A stretch of DNA of 64,000 nucleotides from assembly GCA_902805555.1 (NCBI GenBank), contig CADCSY010000005.1, forward strand, positions 13,555-77,554. Direction: 5' to 3'. Below the pieces are notes generated by a model. That model was not told the origin of the DNA and did not search any database. It saw only the letters and a list, made by a program, of their open reading frames with translations. The position numbers and the translations under genes were made by a program. Of the stretch, positions 31,265 through 40,705 are shown in pieces (position 1 is the first letter of the stretch; each line of letters begins with the position of its first letter). Source of the DNA: an uncultured Acidimicrobiales bacterium. Lineage in GTDB: Bacteria > Actinomycetota > Acidimicrobiia > Acidimicrobiales > CADCSY01.

Positions 31265-31702
31265 GTGCCCCGCATCGAAGTGAGCACCGTGATCGACGCG
31301 CCCCCCCGGCGGGTCTGGCGGCAGGTGCGCGACATCTCGAGCCACGTCGGGTGGATGGCCGACGCCGAGTCCATCCGGTTCACCTCGAAGCGGCGACGGG
31401 GGGTGGGGACCACCTTCGAGTGCGTCACCAGGGTGGGCCCCCTCGCCCTGACCGACGTGATGGAGGTCACCTCGTGGTCGGCGGGCCGGGAGATGGGCGT
31501 GCGCCACACCGGCGTGGTCACCGGCGAGGGTCGCTTCACCCTGCGCCGGGCGAGGCGTGGGCGCACCCGCTTCACCTGGGAGGAGCGGCTCGTGTTCCCG
31601 TGGTGGCTCGGCGGCCGGCTCGGCGGCGTGGTCGGAGCCCAGGTGCTGAAGCAGATCTGGAAGGGCAACCTCCGCCGTCTCCGGTCCGGCTTCGCGGGTT
31701 GA
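31265..31702 (+). CDS. SRPBCC (polyketide cyclase/START-like) family protein
   Basis: STVIDAPPRRVWRQVRDISSHVGWM. GTG start. Confidence 0.7.
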   Translation: MPRIEVSTVIDAPPRRVWRQVRDISSHVGWMADAESIRFTSKRRRGVGTTFECVTRVGPLALTDVMEVTSWSAGREMGVRHTGVVTGEGRFTLRRARRGRTRFTWEERLVFPWWLGGRLGGVVGAQVLKQIWKGNLRRLRSGFAG

Positions 31703-31817
31703 CGAGGTGCCGGCACCGGCACCCGAGAGGGACGGCGCCGGCACCGGCGCCGGCGCAACCAAGGGTTCACCCGCCGGGGCTTGATCCCCGTCGCGGCGGT
31801 GGACGACGATCTGCGTC

Positions 31818-32588
31818 ATGCCCATGCGCGACTCCTACGAGCCCGGGCGGCCCTGCTGGGTCGACCTCGGCACCACCGACCCCACAGCCGCCCACGCCTT
31901 CTACGGCGAGCTCTTCGGCTGGACAGCCGAGGTCGACGAGCGGCCCGAGGCGGGGGGCTACGCCCAGCTGACCAAGGACGGCCACGTCGTCGCCGGCCTC
32001 GGCTCGCTGTTCACCGAGGGGATGCCGCCGGCGTGGACCACCTACGTCGCCACCGACGACGCGGACGCCATCGCCCTGAAGGTGACCGCCCACGGGGGCT
32101 CCGTGCTCTCGGAGCCGTTCGACGTCCTCGAGGTCGGCCGGATGGCGGTCCTCACCGACCCCGGCGGGGCCGTCTTCGCGGTGTGGCAGGCCAAGACCCA
32201 CATCGGCGCCTCCCTCGTCAACGAGCCCGGCTCCTGGAGCTGGAACCAGCTGCTGACCAGGGACAAGGACCAGGCCGAGGCCTTCTACGGTGCGGTGTTC
32301 GGTTGGACGTTCCGCAGCCACCCGGAGTGGGGCGAGTACTGGGCCCTCGGCGACGGGGAGATCGCGGGCATGAGCGAGATGGACGCCTCGTTCCCGGCCG
32401 AGGTGCCGCCGCACTGGCAGACGGCGTTCCAGTCGGTCGACGCGGACGCCACGGCGGCGAGGGCCGTCGAGCTGGGGGGCACGGTCGCGATGCCGGTCCA
32501 CGACATGGGCCCCGGTGGCCGCATGGGGGCGCTGACCGACCCGCAGGGGGCGGTGTTCGGGATCCTCTCGGTGCCCGCCTCGAGCTGA
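31818..32588 (+). CDS. VOC (glyoxalase/bleomycin-resistance) family protein, two-domain
   Basis: Two repeated modules, each with a PCWVDL/WNQL start, an FGW motif and a metal-binding pattern. Confidence 0.8.
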   Translation: MPMRDSYEPGRPCWVDLGTTDPTAAHAFYGELFGWTAEVDERPEAGGYAQLTKDGHVVAGLGSLFTEGMPPAWTTYVATDDADAIALKVTAHGGSVLSEPFDVLEVGRMAVLTDPGGAVFAVWQAKTHIGASLVNEPGSWSWNQLLTRDKDQAEAFYGAVFGWTFRSHPEWGEYWALGDGEIAGMSEMDASFPAEVPPHWQTAFQSVDADATAARAVELGGTVAMPVHDMGPGGRMGALTDPQGAVFGILSVPASS

Positions 32589-32630
32589 CGAGCCGAGGAG
32601 AGCGGTGGCGGGTGGTGCGCCCGCCACCTC

Positions 32631-33179
32631 TCAGGCGTCGGCGACGTGGCGGAGCCGGTGCTCCCGGCACGCACCGGCGAAGCCGGGGTGCACCCCGTCC
32701 AGGGTGACCCAGCGACGGGAGGCGTCGAGCGAGACGCCGACGGAGGCACGACCGAGGCGCCACTCGCCGACCATCGTGCCCACGACGGTGGCGAGCCCCG
32801 CCCCGATGACCAGCACGAGGCCGGCCGTGCCGAGCTGCGCCCAGCCGGTGAGGAGCAGGAGCGCCAGGGTCACCGCCACCCCGCACGCCAGCGCCCGGTT
32901 GCGGAGGGAACGGGCCGCACCCAGCTCGGCGTAGGCGGCGTCCGAGAGGGGGAGCTCGACGGCGAGGCGCTCGCCGGTGTCGCGGGAGGCGAGGGCGAGC
33001 AGCACGAGCCACCCGAGCGGTCCGGCGAGCACGAGGAGCCAGAGGATCCCCAGGCGGTTCGACCTCCCCACCTCCTCGACGACCCGCAGGCGCGAACCCG
33101 TCGGGGTCCCCTTCTTCGTGCAGACCGGCGGGAGGAGGCCGAGCACCGCGTCGTCGACGAACACCACGGCCTCGGCCAC
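32631..33179 (-). CDS. Hypothetical membrane protein
   Basis: A 182-aa ORF with 3 hydrophobic segments. No domain recognised. Confidence 0.4.
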   Translation of the reverse strand: MAEAVVFVDDAVLGLLPPVCTKKGTPTGSRLRVVEEVGRSNRLGILWLLVLAGPLGWLVLLALASRDTGERLAVELPLSDAAYAELGAARSLRNRALACGVAVTLALLLLTGWAQLGTAGLVLVIGAGLATVVGTMVGEWRLGRASVGVSLDASRRWVTLDGVHPGFAGACREHRLRHVADA

Positions 33180-33216
33180 GTCCCCACCCCGCTCCTCGTC
33201 CTGGCCGGACCCTACG

Positions 33217-35556
33217 TCACGCGGGGCCGGGGGCGGGGGGCCGTGCCGTCGGAGGTGCCGGCACCGCCTCCGACCTCGACTGCTCGGGCCGGGGCGCGAG
33301 CAGCAGCACGCCGAGCGGGGGGATCGTCAGCACGGCGGAGTGGGACATGCCGTGCCACTCCCGCTCCTCGGCGTGGACGACGGGCCCGACCTGGCTGCCG
33401 CTCCCGCCGTAGACGAGGTCGTCGGAGCTCAGCAGCACCTCCCACGGCCCTCCGGCGGGGAGCCCCGCCCGGTAGCCGTACCTCGGCACCGGGGTGAGGT
33501 TGGCGAGCGCGGCGACCGGGCGGCCGGGCTGCGGCCCACCGTCGATGCCCACCGGCAGGCGCAGGAACGAGTAGCAGCTCTGGTCGGCATCGTCGGCGTC
33601 CAGCCACCGGAAGCCGTCGGCGGCGGCGTCACCGCTCCACAGCGCGGGCTCGGTGACGTGCAGGCGGTTCAGGTCGCGCACGAGGTCGCGGATGCCGGCG
33701 TGGCCCGGGTCGTCGAGCAGGTGCCAGTCGAGGCTGCGGGCCTCCGACCACTCCCGCTCCTGGGCGAGCTCGGCTCCCATGAACAGCAGCTGCTTGCCGG
33801 GGTGGGCGAACATCCACGCGTAGAGGGCGCGCACGTTGGCGAGCTGCTGCCAGCGGTCGCCCGGCATCTTGGTGAGGAGCGACCCCTTGCCGTGCACCAC
33901 CTCGTCGTGGCTGAGGGGGAGCACGAAGCGCTCGCTGAAGGCGTAGGTGAGCCCGAACGTCAGCTGGTGGTGGTGGTGCCGACGGTGGACGGGGTCCTTC
34001 GAGAAGTAGTCGAGCGTGTCGTTCATCCAGCCCATGTTCCACTTCTGGCTGAAGCCGAGCCCGCCGAGGTGGACGGGCAGGCTCACCCCCGGCCACGCCG
34101 TCGACTCCTCGGCCACCGTGAGCACGCCGGGGTGGCGGCCGTGGACGACGGCGTTGAGCTCCTGGAGGAACGACACCGCCTCGAGGTTCTCCCGCCCGCC
34201 CTCGCGGTTCGGCACCCACTCGCCGTCCTCCCGGGAGTAGTCGAGGTAGAGCATCGACGCCACCGCGTCGACCCTGAGCCCGTCGACGTGGAGCTCCTCG
34301 ATCCAGTAGAGGGCGCTCGCCAGGAGGAAGTTGCGGACCTCGTTGCGCCCGAAGTTGAACACGAGCGTGCCCCAGTCGGGGTGCTCGCCCTGGCGGGGGT
34401 CGGCGTGCTCGTACAGGGCGGTGCCGTCGAAGCGGGCCAGGGCCCAGTCGTCCTTCGGGAAGTGGCCGGGGACCCAGTCGACGATCACGGCGATGCCCCG
34501 GGCGTGGAACGCGTCGACGAGGTGCCGGAAGTCGTCCGGCGTCCCGTGGCGGGAGGTCGGGGCGAAGTACGACGACACCTGGTACCCCCACGACGGGTCG
34601 TAGGGGTACTCCGACACCGGCATCAGCTCGACGTGGGTGAAGCCGAGCTCGACCACGTGGTCGACCAGGGTCGTGGCCAGCTCCCGGTAGGTGAGCGACC
34701 GGTCCCCCTGGCCGGGCACGGTGCGCCACGACCCGAGGTGGACCTCGTACACCGACATCGGAGCACGTGTCGGATCTGCCGCCGCCCGGCGCTCCAACCA
34801 CCCGCCGTCCTGCCAGACGTGCGCGCTCGTGGTGACGATGCTCGACTGGCCGGACGGCTGCCCCGCCCGGAAGGCGAGCGGGTCGGCCTTGAGCCGCAGC
34901 GCGCCCTCGGGGGTGACGAGCTCGAACTTGTACCGGGCGCCGTCGCCCACGCCGGGCAGGAACACCTCCCACACGCCGCTCGCGCCGATCACCCGCATCG
35001 GGTGCAGGCGTCCGTCCCAGCCGTTGAAGTCACCGACCACCCGCACCGCCTGCGCGTGGGGTGCCCACACCGCGAACGACGTGCCGAGCACGCCCTGGTG
35101 GAGGCGGACGTGGGAGCCGAGCACCTCCCACAGGCGCTCGTGGCGGCCCTCGCCGATGAGGTGGAGGTCGAGGTCGCCGACCGTCGGCCAGAACCGGTAG
35201 GGGTCCTCGACCGGGAAGACGAGCTCGCCGTACGAGACGTCGAGGCGGTACTGCGGCACCTCGAGGCCGGGGACCTCCACCTCGAAGACGCCCGCCGCGT
35301 GCACCTCGGTCATGGCGACGGCGGTGCCGTCCTCGAGCACCACGGCCGCCCCGGTGGCGTCGGGACGGAGGGCGCGGATCACCACGGAGCCGGAGCCGTC
35401 CGGGTGGGCGCCGAGCACGGCGTGGGGGTCGCGCAGCTGCCCGGCGGCGAGCAGTTCGACGGCCTCGGGGGGCGCTGCGACCCGCACCACGCCGGGTGCC
35501 GGCCCGGGTCCGGCTGCGCCGGGGGGCGGGGGCGGCGGACGGTCGACCGGGTTCAC
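33217..35556 (-). CDS. glgB: 1,4-alpha-glucan branching enzyme
   Basis: GH13 motifs DWVPGHF, GLRVDAV and HDEVVHGKG. The GTG start overlaps the pep2 TGA (GTGA). Confidence 0.95.
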   Translation of the reverse strand: MNPVDRPPPPPPGAAGPGPAPGVVRVAAPPEAVELLAAGQLRDPHAVLGAHPDGSGSVVIRALRPDATGAAVVLEDGTAVAMTEVHAAGVFEVEVPGLEVPQYRLDVSYGELVFPVEDPYRFWPTVGDLDLHLIGEGRHERLWEVLGSHVRLHQGVLGTSFAVWAPHAQAVRVVGDFNGWDGRLHPMRVIGASGVWEVFLPGVGDGARYKFELVTPEGALRLKADPLAFRAGQPSGQSSIVTTSAHVWQDGGWLERRAAADPTRAPMSVYEVHLGSWRTVPGQGDRSLTYRELATTLVDHVVELGFTHVELMPVSEYPYDPSWGYQVSSYFAPTSRHGTPDDFRHLVDAFHARGIAVIVDWVPGHFPKDDWALARFDGTALYEHADPRQGEHPDWGTLVFNFGRNEVRNFLLASALYWIEELHVDGLRVDAVASMLYLDYSREDGEWVPNREGGRENLEAVSFLQELNAVVHGRHPGVLTVAEESTAWPGVSLPVHLGGLGFSQKWNMGWMNDTLDYFSKDPVHRRHHHHQLTFGLTYAFSERFVLPLSHDEVVHGKGSLLTKMPGDRWQQLANVRALYAWMFAHPGKQLLFMGAELAQEREWSEARSLDWHLLDDPGHAGIRDLVRDLNRLHVTEPALWSGDAAADGFRWLDADDADQSCYSFLRLPVGIDGGPQPGRPVAALANLTPVPRYGYRAGLPAGGPWEVLLSSDDLVYGGSGSQVGPVVHAEEREWHGMSHSAVLTIPPLGVLLLAPRPEQSRSEAVPAPPTARPPAPGPA

Positions 35557-36881
35557 GCCCGCTCCAGCAGGCGCTCGACGGCGGCGCGGGGGATGGCCTC
35601 CCAGTCGGGCCGGTGGGCCTGCTCGTACGCCACCTCGTACACCGCCTTGTCGAGCTCGAAGGCCGACTGGACGAGGTCGCACCCCTCGTCGCTCGGCAGG
35701 AGGGCGTCGATGCCGCTCACCGCCCGGTAGCCCTCGCTGAAGGCGAAGCTGTTGCGCTCCTCCCACGCCCCCGCCAGTGCCGCCAGCTCGTCGGTGACCT
35801 CCTCGCCGCGGTCACGCAGCGCGACCTCGGCCGCGTAGTGGAACGACCGGAGCATCCCGGCCACGTCCCGCAGGGGGGAGGAGGGCCGGCGGCGCTCCTC
35901 CACCGGGCGGTCGGGCTCACCCTCGAAGTCGAGGACGAACCACCCTGCGTCGGTCCTCATCACCTGGCCGAGGTGCAGGTCGCCGTGGACGCGGAGGGCG
36001 CGCCCGGCGTCCGCGGTGGCCGCCAGCCGCTCGTAGCGGGCCCGCACGGCGCCGGTGTCGACCGACACGTCACCGAGCCGTTCGAGCTGGGCGAGCATGT
36101 CGTCGGCCCACGAGCGGGGGTCGGGGTCCGTCGTGCCGAACGCCTCCGCCATCGCCAGGTGCAGCTTGGCGGTCACGATGCCGAGACGGCGCGCCTGGGG
36201 CGCGAAGTCACCACCGCAGTCCTCTGGTGGGAGCCGCCGGTCGTACAGGTCGCGCAGCGACGTGAGCGCCAGCGACAGCCCCTCCGAGGCACCGGCCAGG
36301 AACTCGTTCACCACCGCGAGGTCGTCGCCGTCGCGCTGCCAGACGGCCTCGGGTCGGACCACACCTTCGAAGCCGACCCGCGCCAGCGCGGTGGTGACCT
36401 CGATGTCGGGGTTGCCGCCGTCGGAGAGGCGCCGGAACAGCTTCATGATGTGGCGCTCGTCGAACACGATCGAGGTGTTCGACTGCTCCACCAGGAGCAC
36501 GCGGGCCCGCTCGGCGCTGATGTCGGGCGCCACGTGGTGCAGGAGGTCGAGCGCCAGCTCCGGGTCGTACACGGCGTCGTAGGCGTGCGCCGGTCCCTGC
36601 GTGGTCTCCACGTCCCCCATGTAGGCCTCGGCCTTGCCCTCGAGGAAGACCTCGATCTCGTCCGGGGGCCGCAGGCCGACGAAGAGCTGGTAGCGGTGGC
36701 CCTGGGTGCCCCCGGCCGCCGGGACCTCGGCGATCACGTGCAGGGCGCCCGGCCACCCCTGGCGCAGCTCCGTCACCGCACGGATCTCGACGGCTGCGGT
36801 CACCGGGTCGCCGCCACCGAACCAGCGCTGCTTCGGCAGGTGGCCGGCCAGCAGCTCGGCGAGGTCCCCGGTCTCGATCAC
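35553..36881 (-). CDS. pep2: Maltokinase
   Basis: Mak/Pep2 homology ([16 protein letters not shown]). The GTG start overlaps the treS TGA. Confidence 0.9.
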   Translation of the reverse strand: MIETGDLAELLAGHLPKQRWFGGGDPVTAAVEIRAVTELRQGWPGALHVIAEVPAAGGTQGHRYQLFVGLRPPDEIEVFLEGKAEAYMGDVETTQGPAHAYDAVYDPELALDLLHHVAPDISAERARVLLVEQSNTSIVFDERHIMKLFRRLSDGGNPDIEVTTALARVGFEGVVRPEAVWQRDGDDLAVVNEFLAGASEGLSLALTSLRDLYDRRLPPEDCGGDFAPQARRLGIVTAKLHLAMAEAFGTTDPDPRSWADDMLAQLERLGDVSVDTGAVRARYERLAATADAGRALRVHGDLHLGQVMRTDAGWFVLDFEGEPDRPVEERRRPSSPLRDVAGMLRSFHYAAEVALRDRGEEVTDELAALAGAWEERNSFAFSEGYRAVSGIDALLPSDEGCDLVQSAFELDKAVYEVAYEQAHRPDWEAIPRAAVERLLERA

Positions 36882-38626
36882 CGGAGCTCCGTCGTCGTGC
36901 CCGGCAGGTGCTGCACCGGTTCCTCCGTCAGCGAGAACCAGTAGAAGCCATAGGGAGCGAGGGTCACGAAGTACGGCAGCTCACCGATGCGGGGGAACGG
37001 GACCCGGCCGAGCAGCTCGTGGGGCACCCACCCCTCGAAGGGGGCGAGCTGCAGCTCGACCGGCTGGGCGAAGCGGCTGAGGTTGTAGACGCAGAGCACC
37101 ACGTCGCGCTCGCCCGTGTCCGAGCGGAGCGACTCGCGGAGGAAGGCGAGCACGGACGGGTTCCCTGCGGAGAGGACCTCGAAGCTGCCGACCCCGAACA
37201 TCGGGTGGGCCTTGCGCACCTCGAGCATCCGCCTGACCCAGTGGAGGAACGAGCTCGGGTTGCGCTGCTGCGACTCGACGTTGACGGCGCTGAAGCCGTA
37301 CACGGGGTCCATCAGCGACGGGAGGTAGAGCTGCGCGAAGTCCGCCTTCGAGAAGCCGCCGTTGCGGTCGGGGGTCCACTGCATCGGGGTGCGGACGCCG
37401 TCACGGTCGCCGAGGTAGATGTTGTCGCCCATCAGGATCTCGTCGCCGTAGTACATGATCGGCGAACCCGGGAGGCTGTAGAGCAGGGCGTGGAACAGCT
37501 CCGCCACCCGCCGGTCGTTGTCGAGCAGGGGGGCGAGCCGCCGCCGGATCCCCACGTTGATCTTCATGCGGGGGTCGTTGGCGTACTCCGCGTACATGTA
37601 GTCCCGCTCCTCGTCGGTCACCATCTCGAGCGTCAGCTCGTCGTGGTTCCTCAGGAAGATCCCCCACTGGCAGTTGTCGGGGATGGCGGGTGTCTGCGCC
37701 AGGATCTCCGTGATCGGGTGGCGCTCCTCGCGCCGCAGCGCCATGTACATGCGGGGCATGAGCGGGAAGTTGAAGCACATGTGGCACTCGTCGCCGTCCT
37801 CGCCGAAGTAGTCGACGACGTCGGTGGGCCACTGGTTCGCCTCGGCCAGGATGACCTTGCCGGGGTGGGTCGTGTCGATCTCCTTGCGGAGCCGCTTCAG
37901 GTAGTCGTGGGTCTCGGGGAGGTTCTCCCCGTCGGTGCCGTCCCGCTCGAACAGGTACGGGACGGCGTCGAGGCGGAAGCCGTCGAGGCCGAGGTCGAGC
38001 CAGAACCGGACGACGTCGAGCATCGCGTTCGCGACCTCGGGGTTGTCGTAGTTCAGGTCGGGCTGGTGGTGGAAGAAGCGGTGCCAGTAGTACTGCCCCC
38101 GCAGCGGGTCGAAGGTCCAGTTCGAGACCTCCGTGTCCGTGAAGATGATCCGGGCCGCGGACCACCTCGTGTCGTCGTCGTTCCAGACGTACCAGTCGGC
38201 CTTCGGGTTCGCCCGGTCCTTCCGGCTCTCCTGGAACCAGGGGTGGGCGTCGCTCGTGTGGTTCATCACCATGTCGGCGATGACCCGGATGCCTCGCCGG
38301 TGCGCCTCCTCGAGCAGGTTCGCGGCGTCCCCGATGGTGCCGTACTCCGGGAGCACGTTGAAGAAGTCGGAGATGTCGTAGCCGCCGTCGCGCAGCGGCG
38401 ACTCGTAGAACGGCAGGAGCCAGAGGCAGTCGACGCCCAGCCACTGCAGGTAGTCGAGCTTGTGGGTCAGCCCGACGAGGTCGCCGGTGCCGTCGTTGTT
38501 GCTGTCGTTGAAGCCCCGGACGAGGACCTCGTAGAAGACCGCCTTCTTGAACCAGCCGTCGTCGTCGGGGAGCCACAGGCTCTGCGGCCGCGACCCCTCG
38601 GACCCGCTGCCGGTCCCGGAGCTCAC
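36878..38626 (-). CDS. treS: Trehalose synthase (maltose alpha-D-glucosyltransferase)
   Basis: GH13 motifs [17 protein letters not shown] and NHDEL. The GTG start overlaps the glgE TGA. The long ORF-track extension upstream is an artefact. Confidence 0.95.
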   Translation of the reverse strand: MSSGTGSGSEGSRPQSLWLPDDDGWFKKAVFYEVLVRGFNDSNNDGTGDLVGLTHKLDYLQWLGVDCLWLLPFYESPLRDGGYDISDFFNVLPEYGTIGDAANLLEEAHRRGIRVIADMVMNHTSDAHPWFQESRKDRANPKADWYVWNDDDTRWSAARIIFTDTEVSNWTFDPLRGQYYWHRFFHHQPDLNYDNPEVANAMLDVVRFWLDLGLDGFRLDAVPYLFERDGTDGENLPETHDYLKRLRKEIDTTHPGKVILAEANQWPTDVVDYFGEDGDECHMCFNFPLMPRMYMALRREERHPITEILAQTPAIPDNCQWGIFLRNHDELTLEMVTDEERDYMYAEYANDPRMKINVGIRRRLAPLLDNDRRVAELFHALLYSLPGSPIMYYGDEILMGDNIYLGDRDGVRTPMQWTPDRNGGFSKADFAQLYLPSLMDPVYGFSAVNVESQQRNPSSFLHWVRRMLEVRKAHPMFGVGSFEVLSAGNPSVLAFLRESLRSDTGERDVVLCVYNLSRFAQPVELQLAPFEGWVPHELLGRVPFPRIGELPYFVTLAPYGFYWFSLTEEPVQHLPGTTTELR

Positions 38627-40542
38627 GCGCGACCGGGGCGGAGGTGGAGCACGTGGGCGGGCACCTCGGCCGGGTCCAGCCGGACGTAGGGCGCGGGGCC
38701 CTGCCAGGCGAAGCGCTCGTCGGTGAGCAGGTCGTGCGCGACGAAGGGCTCGTCGTGGCCGATCCCGAGGACGTCGAGGTCGAGGTGCAGGGTGTCCTCC
38801 TGCCAGGCGCCGGGGTCGAGGTTGACGATGCACAGCACGACGTCCCCGCGGTCGGCGGTGGCGCGGCTGTAGACGAGCAGGGCGTCCTTGCCGCTGTGGT
38901 GGAAGGTGGTGCCGCCGAGGCGCTGGAGCGCGGGGTGGTCCCGGCGGGCGTGGTTCAGCGTGGTGACGAGGGGGGCGAGGGAGTCCGACCGCGACCAGTC
39001 CCGCTCCTTCAGCTCGTACTTCTCCGACCGCGCGTACTCCTCGTTGAGGTCGCTCTGGGGCTCGTTCTCGCACAGCTCGTAGCCGCTGTAGATGCCGTAC
39101 GACGGGGACAGGGTGGCGGCGAGCACGAGGCGCAGGCGGAAGGCGGCCGGGGTCCCCCGCCGCAGCGGCCCGGCCAGGATGTCGGGGGTGTTCGGCCAGA
39201 AGCTCGGGCGCATGTAGCTCGCCGTCGGGCCGGTCTCGAGCTCGGTCACGTACGACGTGAGCTCGTCCTTCGTGGTGCGCCAGGTGAAGTACGTGTAGCT
39301 GAGGGTGAAGCCGACCTCGGCCAGGCGGGCCATCACCTTGGGCCTCGTGAACGCCTCGGCCAGGAACACGACCTCCGGGTGGTCCGCCTGCACGGCTCGG
39401 ATGACCCACGCCCAGAACGCCAAGGGCTTGGTGTGCGGGTTGTCCACCCGGAACACCTCGATGCCCTCGCCGATCCAGTGGTCGAGGATCGCCTTGCACT
39501 CCTCCCACAGCGCGACGCGGTCGGCCTCGTGGTCGGGCCAGAAGTTGACCGGGTAGATGTCCTGGTACTTCTTGGGCGGGTTCTCGGCGTACTTGATGGT
39601 GCCGTCGGGCCGGTGGTGGAACCACTCCGGGTGGGCGGCGACCCAGGGGTGGTCCGGCGAGCACTGGAGGGCGTAGTCGAGGGCGACCTCCATCCCGAGC
39701 GAGCGGGCCTCGGCCACGAGGCCCCGCAGGTCGGCGGCGGTGCCGAGCTCGGGGTGCACGTCGAGGTGTCCGCCCTCGGGACCGCCGATCGCCCACGGGC
39801 TCCCGACGTCGCCGGGGGCCGCCTCCACCGAGTTGTCCCTGCCCTTGCGGGCGGTGGTGCCGATCGGGTGGATGGGCGGCAGGTAGACGACGTCGAAGCC
39901 CATCTCGGCGACGGCCGCCAGCCGCTTCGTCGCACCCTGGAGCCCCCCCTCGGACCTCGGGAACAGCTCGTACCAGGTCGAGAACAGGCCGCGACGCCGG
40001 TCGACCCACAGGGGCAGCGGCTCGGCGGTGATGTCGGAGGGCAGCGGGACCCCCGCCACCGCCGCCGCGACCGCGTCGTCGAGGCCGGCGTTGAGGCGGA
40101 CCTCGGTGCTGCACGACGTCCGCCGCAGCGCCGCCGCGGCGTCGACCACGATCGAGCGCCGCACCGCCGGCACCTCCGGGACGAGCAGGTCGAGCAGGAT
40201 GGCGCCCTCCTCGAGCTCGGTCGCCACCTCCTGACCGGCACCGACCTTGGCGGTCAGGTCGCGCCGCCACGTGGCGAACCGGTCGGTCCACGCCTCGATG
40301 AGCAGCTGCGCAGCGCCGACCCGCTCGAGGGTGACGGTCGCCTGCCAGCGATCGTCGCCGACCTCGACCATGGGCACGGAGATGTCCTCCTCGGGCACCC
40401 GCACCCGCGCCGCCAGCAGGTCGTGGCCGTCCTTGAAGACGTCGGCGCTCACCACGAACGGGTCCCCGACCGCTGCCTTGGCCGGGAACGTGCGAGACGG
40501 CGTCCGCGGCTGGGCGGCGGTGATCTCGATGCGCGGCAGCAC
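38623..40542 (-). CDS. glgE: Alpha-1,4-glucan:maltose-1-phosphate maltosyltransferase
   Basis: GlgE homology across the whole length (RIEITAAQP..., [14 protein letters not shown]). GTG start with the RBS GGAAAGG. Confidence 0.95.
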   Translation of the reverse strand: MLPRIEITAAQPRTPSRTFPAKAAVGDPFVVSADVFKDGHDLLAARVRVPEEDISVPMVEVGDDRWQATVTLERVGAAQLLIEAWTDRFATWRRDLTAKVGAGQEVATELEEGAILLDLLVPEVPAVRRSIVVDAAAALRRTSCSTEVRLNAGLDDAVAAAVAGVPLPSDITAEPLPLWVDRRRGLFSTWYELFPRSEGGLQGATKRLAAVAEMGFDVVYLPPIHPIGTTARKGRDNSVEAAPGDVGSPWAIGGPEGGHLDVHPELGTAADLRGLVAEARSLGMEVALDYALQCSPDHPWVAAHPEWFHHRPDGTIKYAENPPKKYQDIYPVNFWPDHEADRVALWEECKAILDHWIGEGIEVFRVDNPHTKPLAFWAWVIRAVQADHPEVVFLAEAFTRPKVMARLAEVGFTLSYTYFTWRTTKDELTSYVTELETGPTASYMRPSFWPNTPDILAGPLRRGTPAAFRLRLVLAATLSPSYGIYSGYELCENEPQSDLNEEYARSEKYELKERDWSRSDSLAPLVTTLNHARRDHPALQRLGGTTFHHSGKDALLVYSRATADRGDVVLCIVNLDPGAWQEDTLHLDLDVLGIGHDEPFVAHDLLTDERFAWQGPAPYVRLDPAEVPAHVLHLRPGRA

Positions 40543-40705
40543 CGGGTCACCTTTCCAGAGACCGTGGCTCGGCGAAAGCCGGCAAGCCGGGCACTACGGT
40601 CTGAGCGATGCGAGCAGCGCAGGACCGGGACCACCAGCCGCACCAGCGCCGGGTGCTCGTCGCCACGGCGGGGGCCGGGTCAGGCGTGGCCCCGGGGACG
40701 GCGAG

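Noticed and set aside
38581-38760. One-nt disagreements between my reading of the displayed sequence and the ORF-track frames (treS/glgE junction, also near 44580)
   Set aside because: The disagreements are local, and the ORF track is self-consistent (continuous TreS and GlgE frames). I used ORF-track-consistent coordinates. Junction positions here carry ±1 nt uncertainty.
36878-40291. The 1137-aa ORF reported for the treS frame
   Set aside because: Only the 3' 582 codons are TreS. The upstream 555 codons are an open alternative frame over glgE. The true start is the GTG overlapping the glgE stop.
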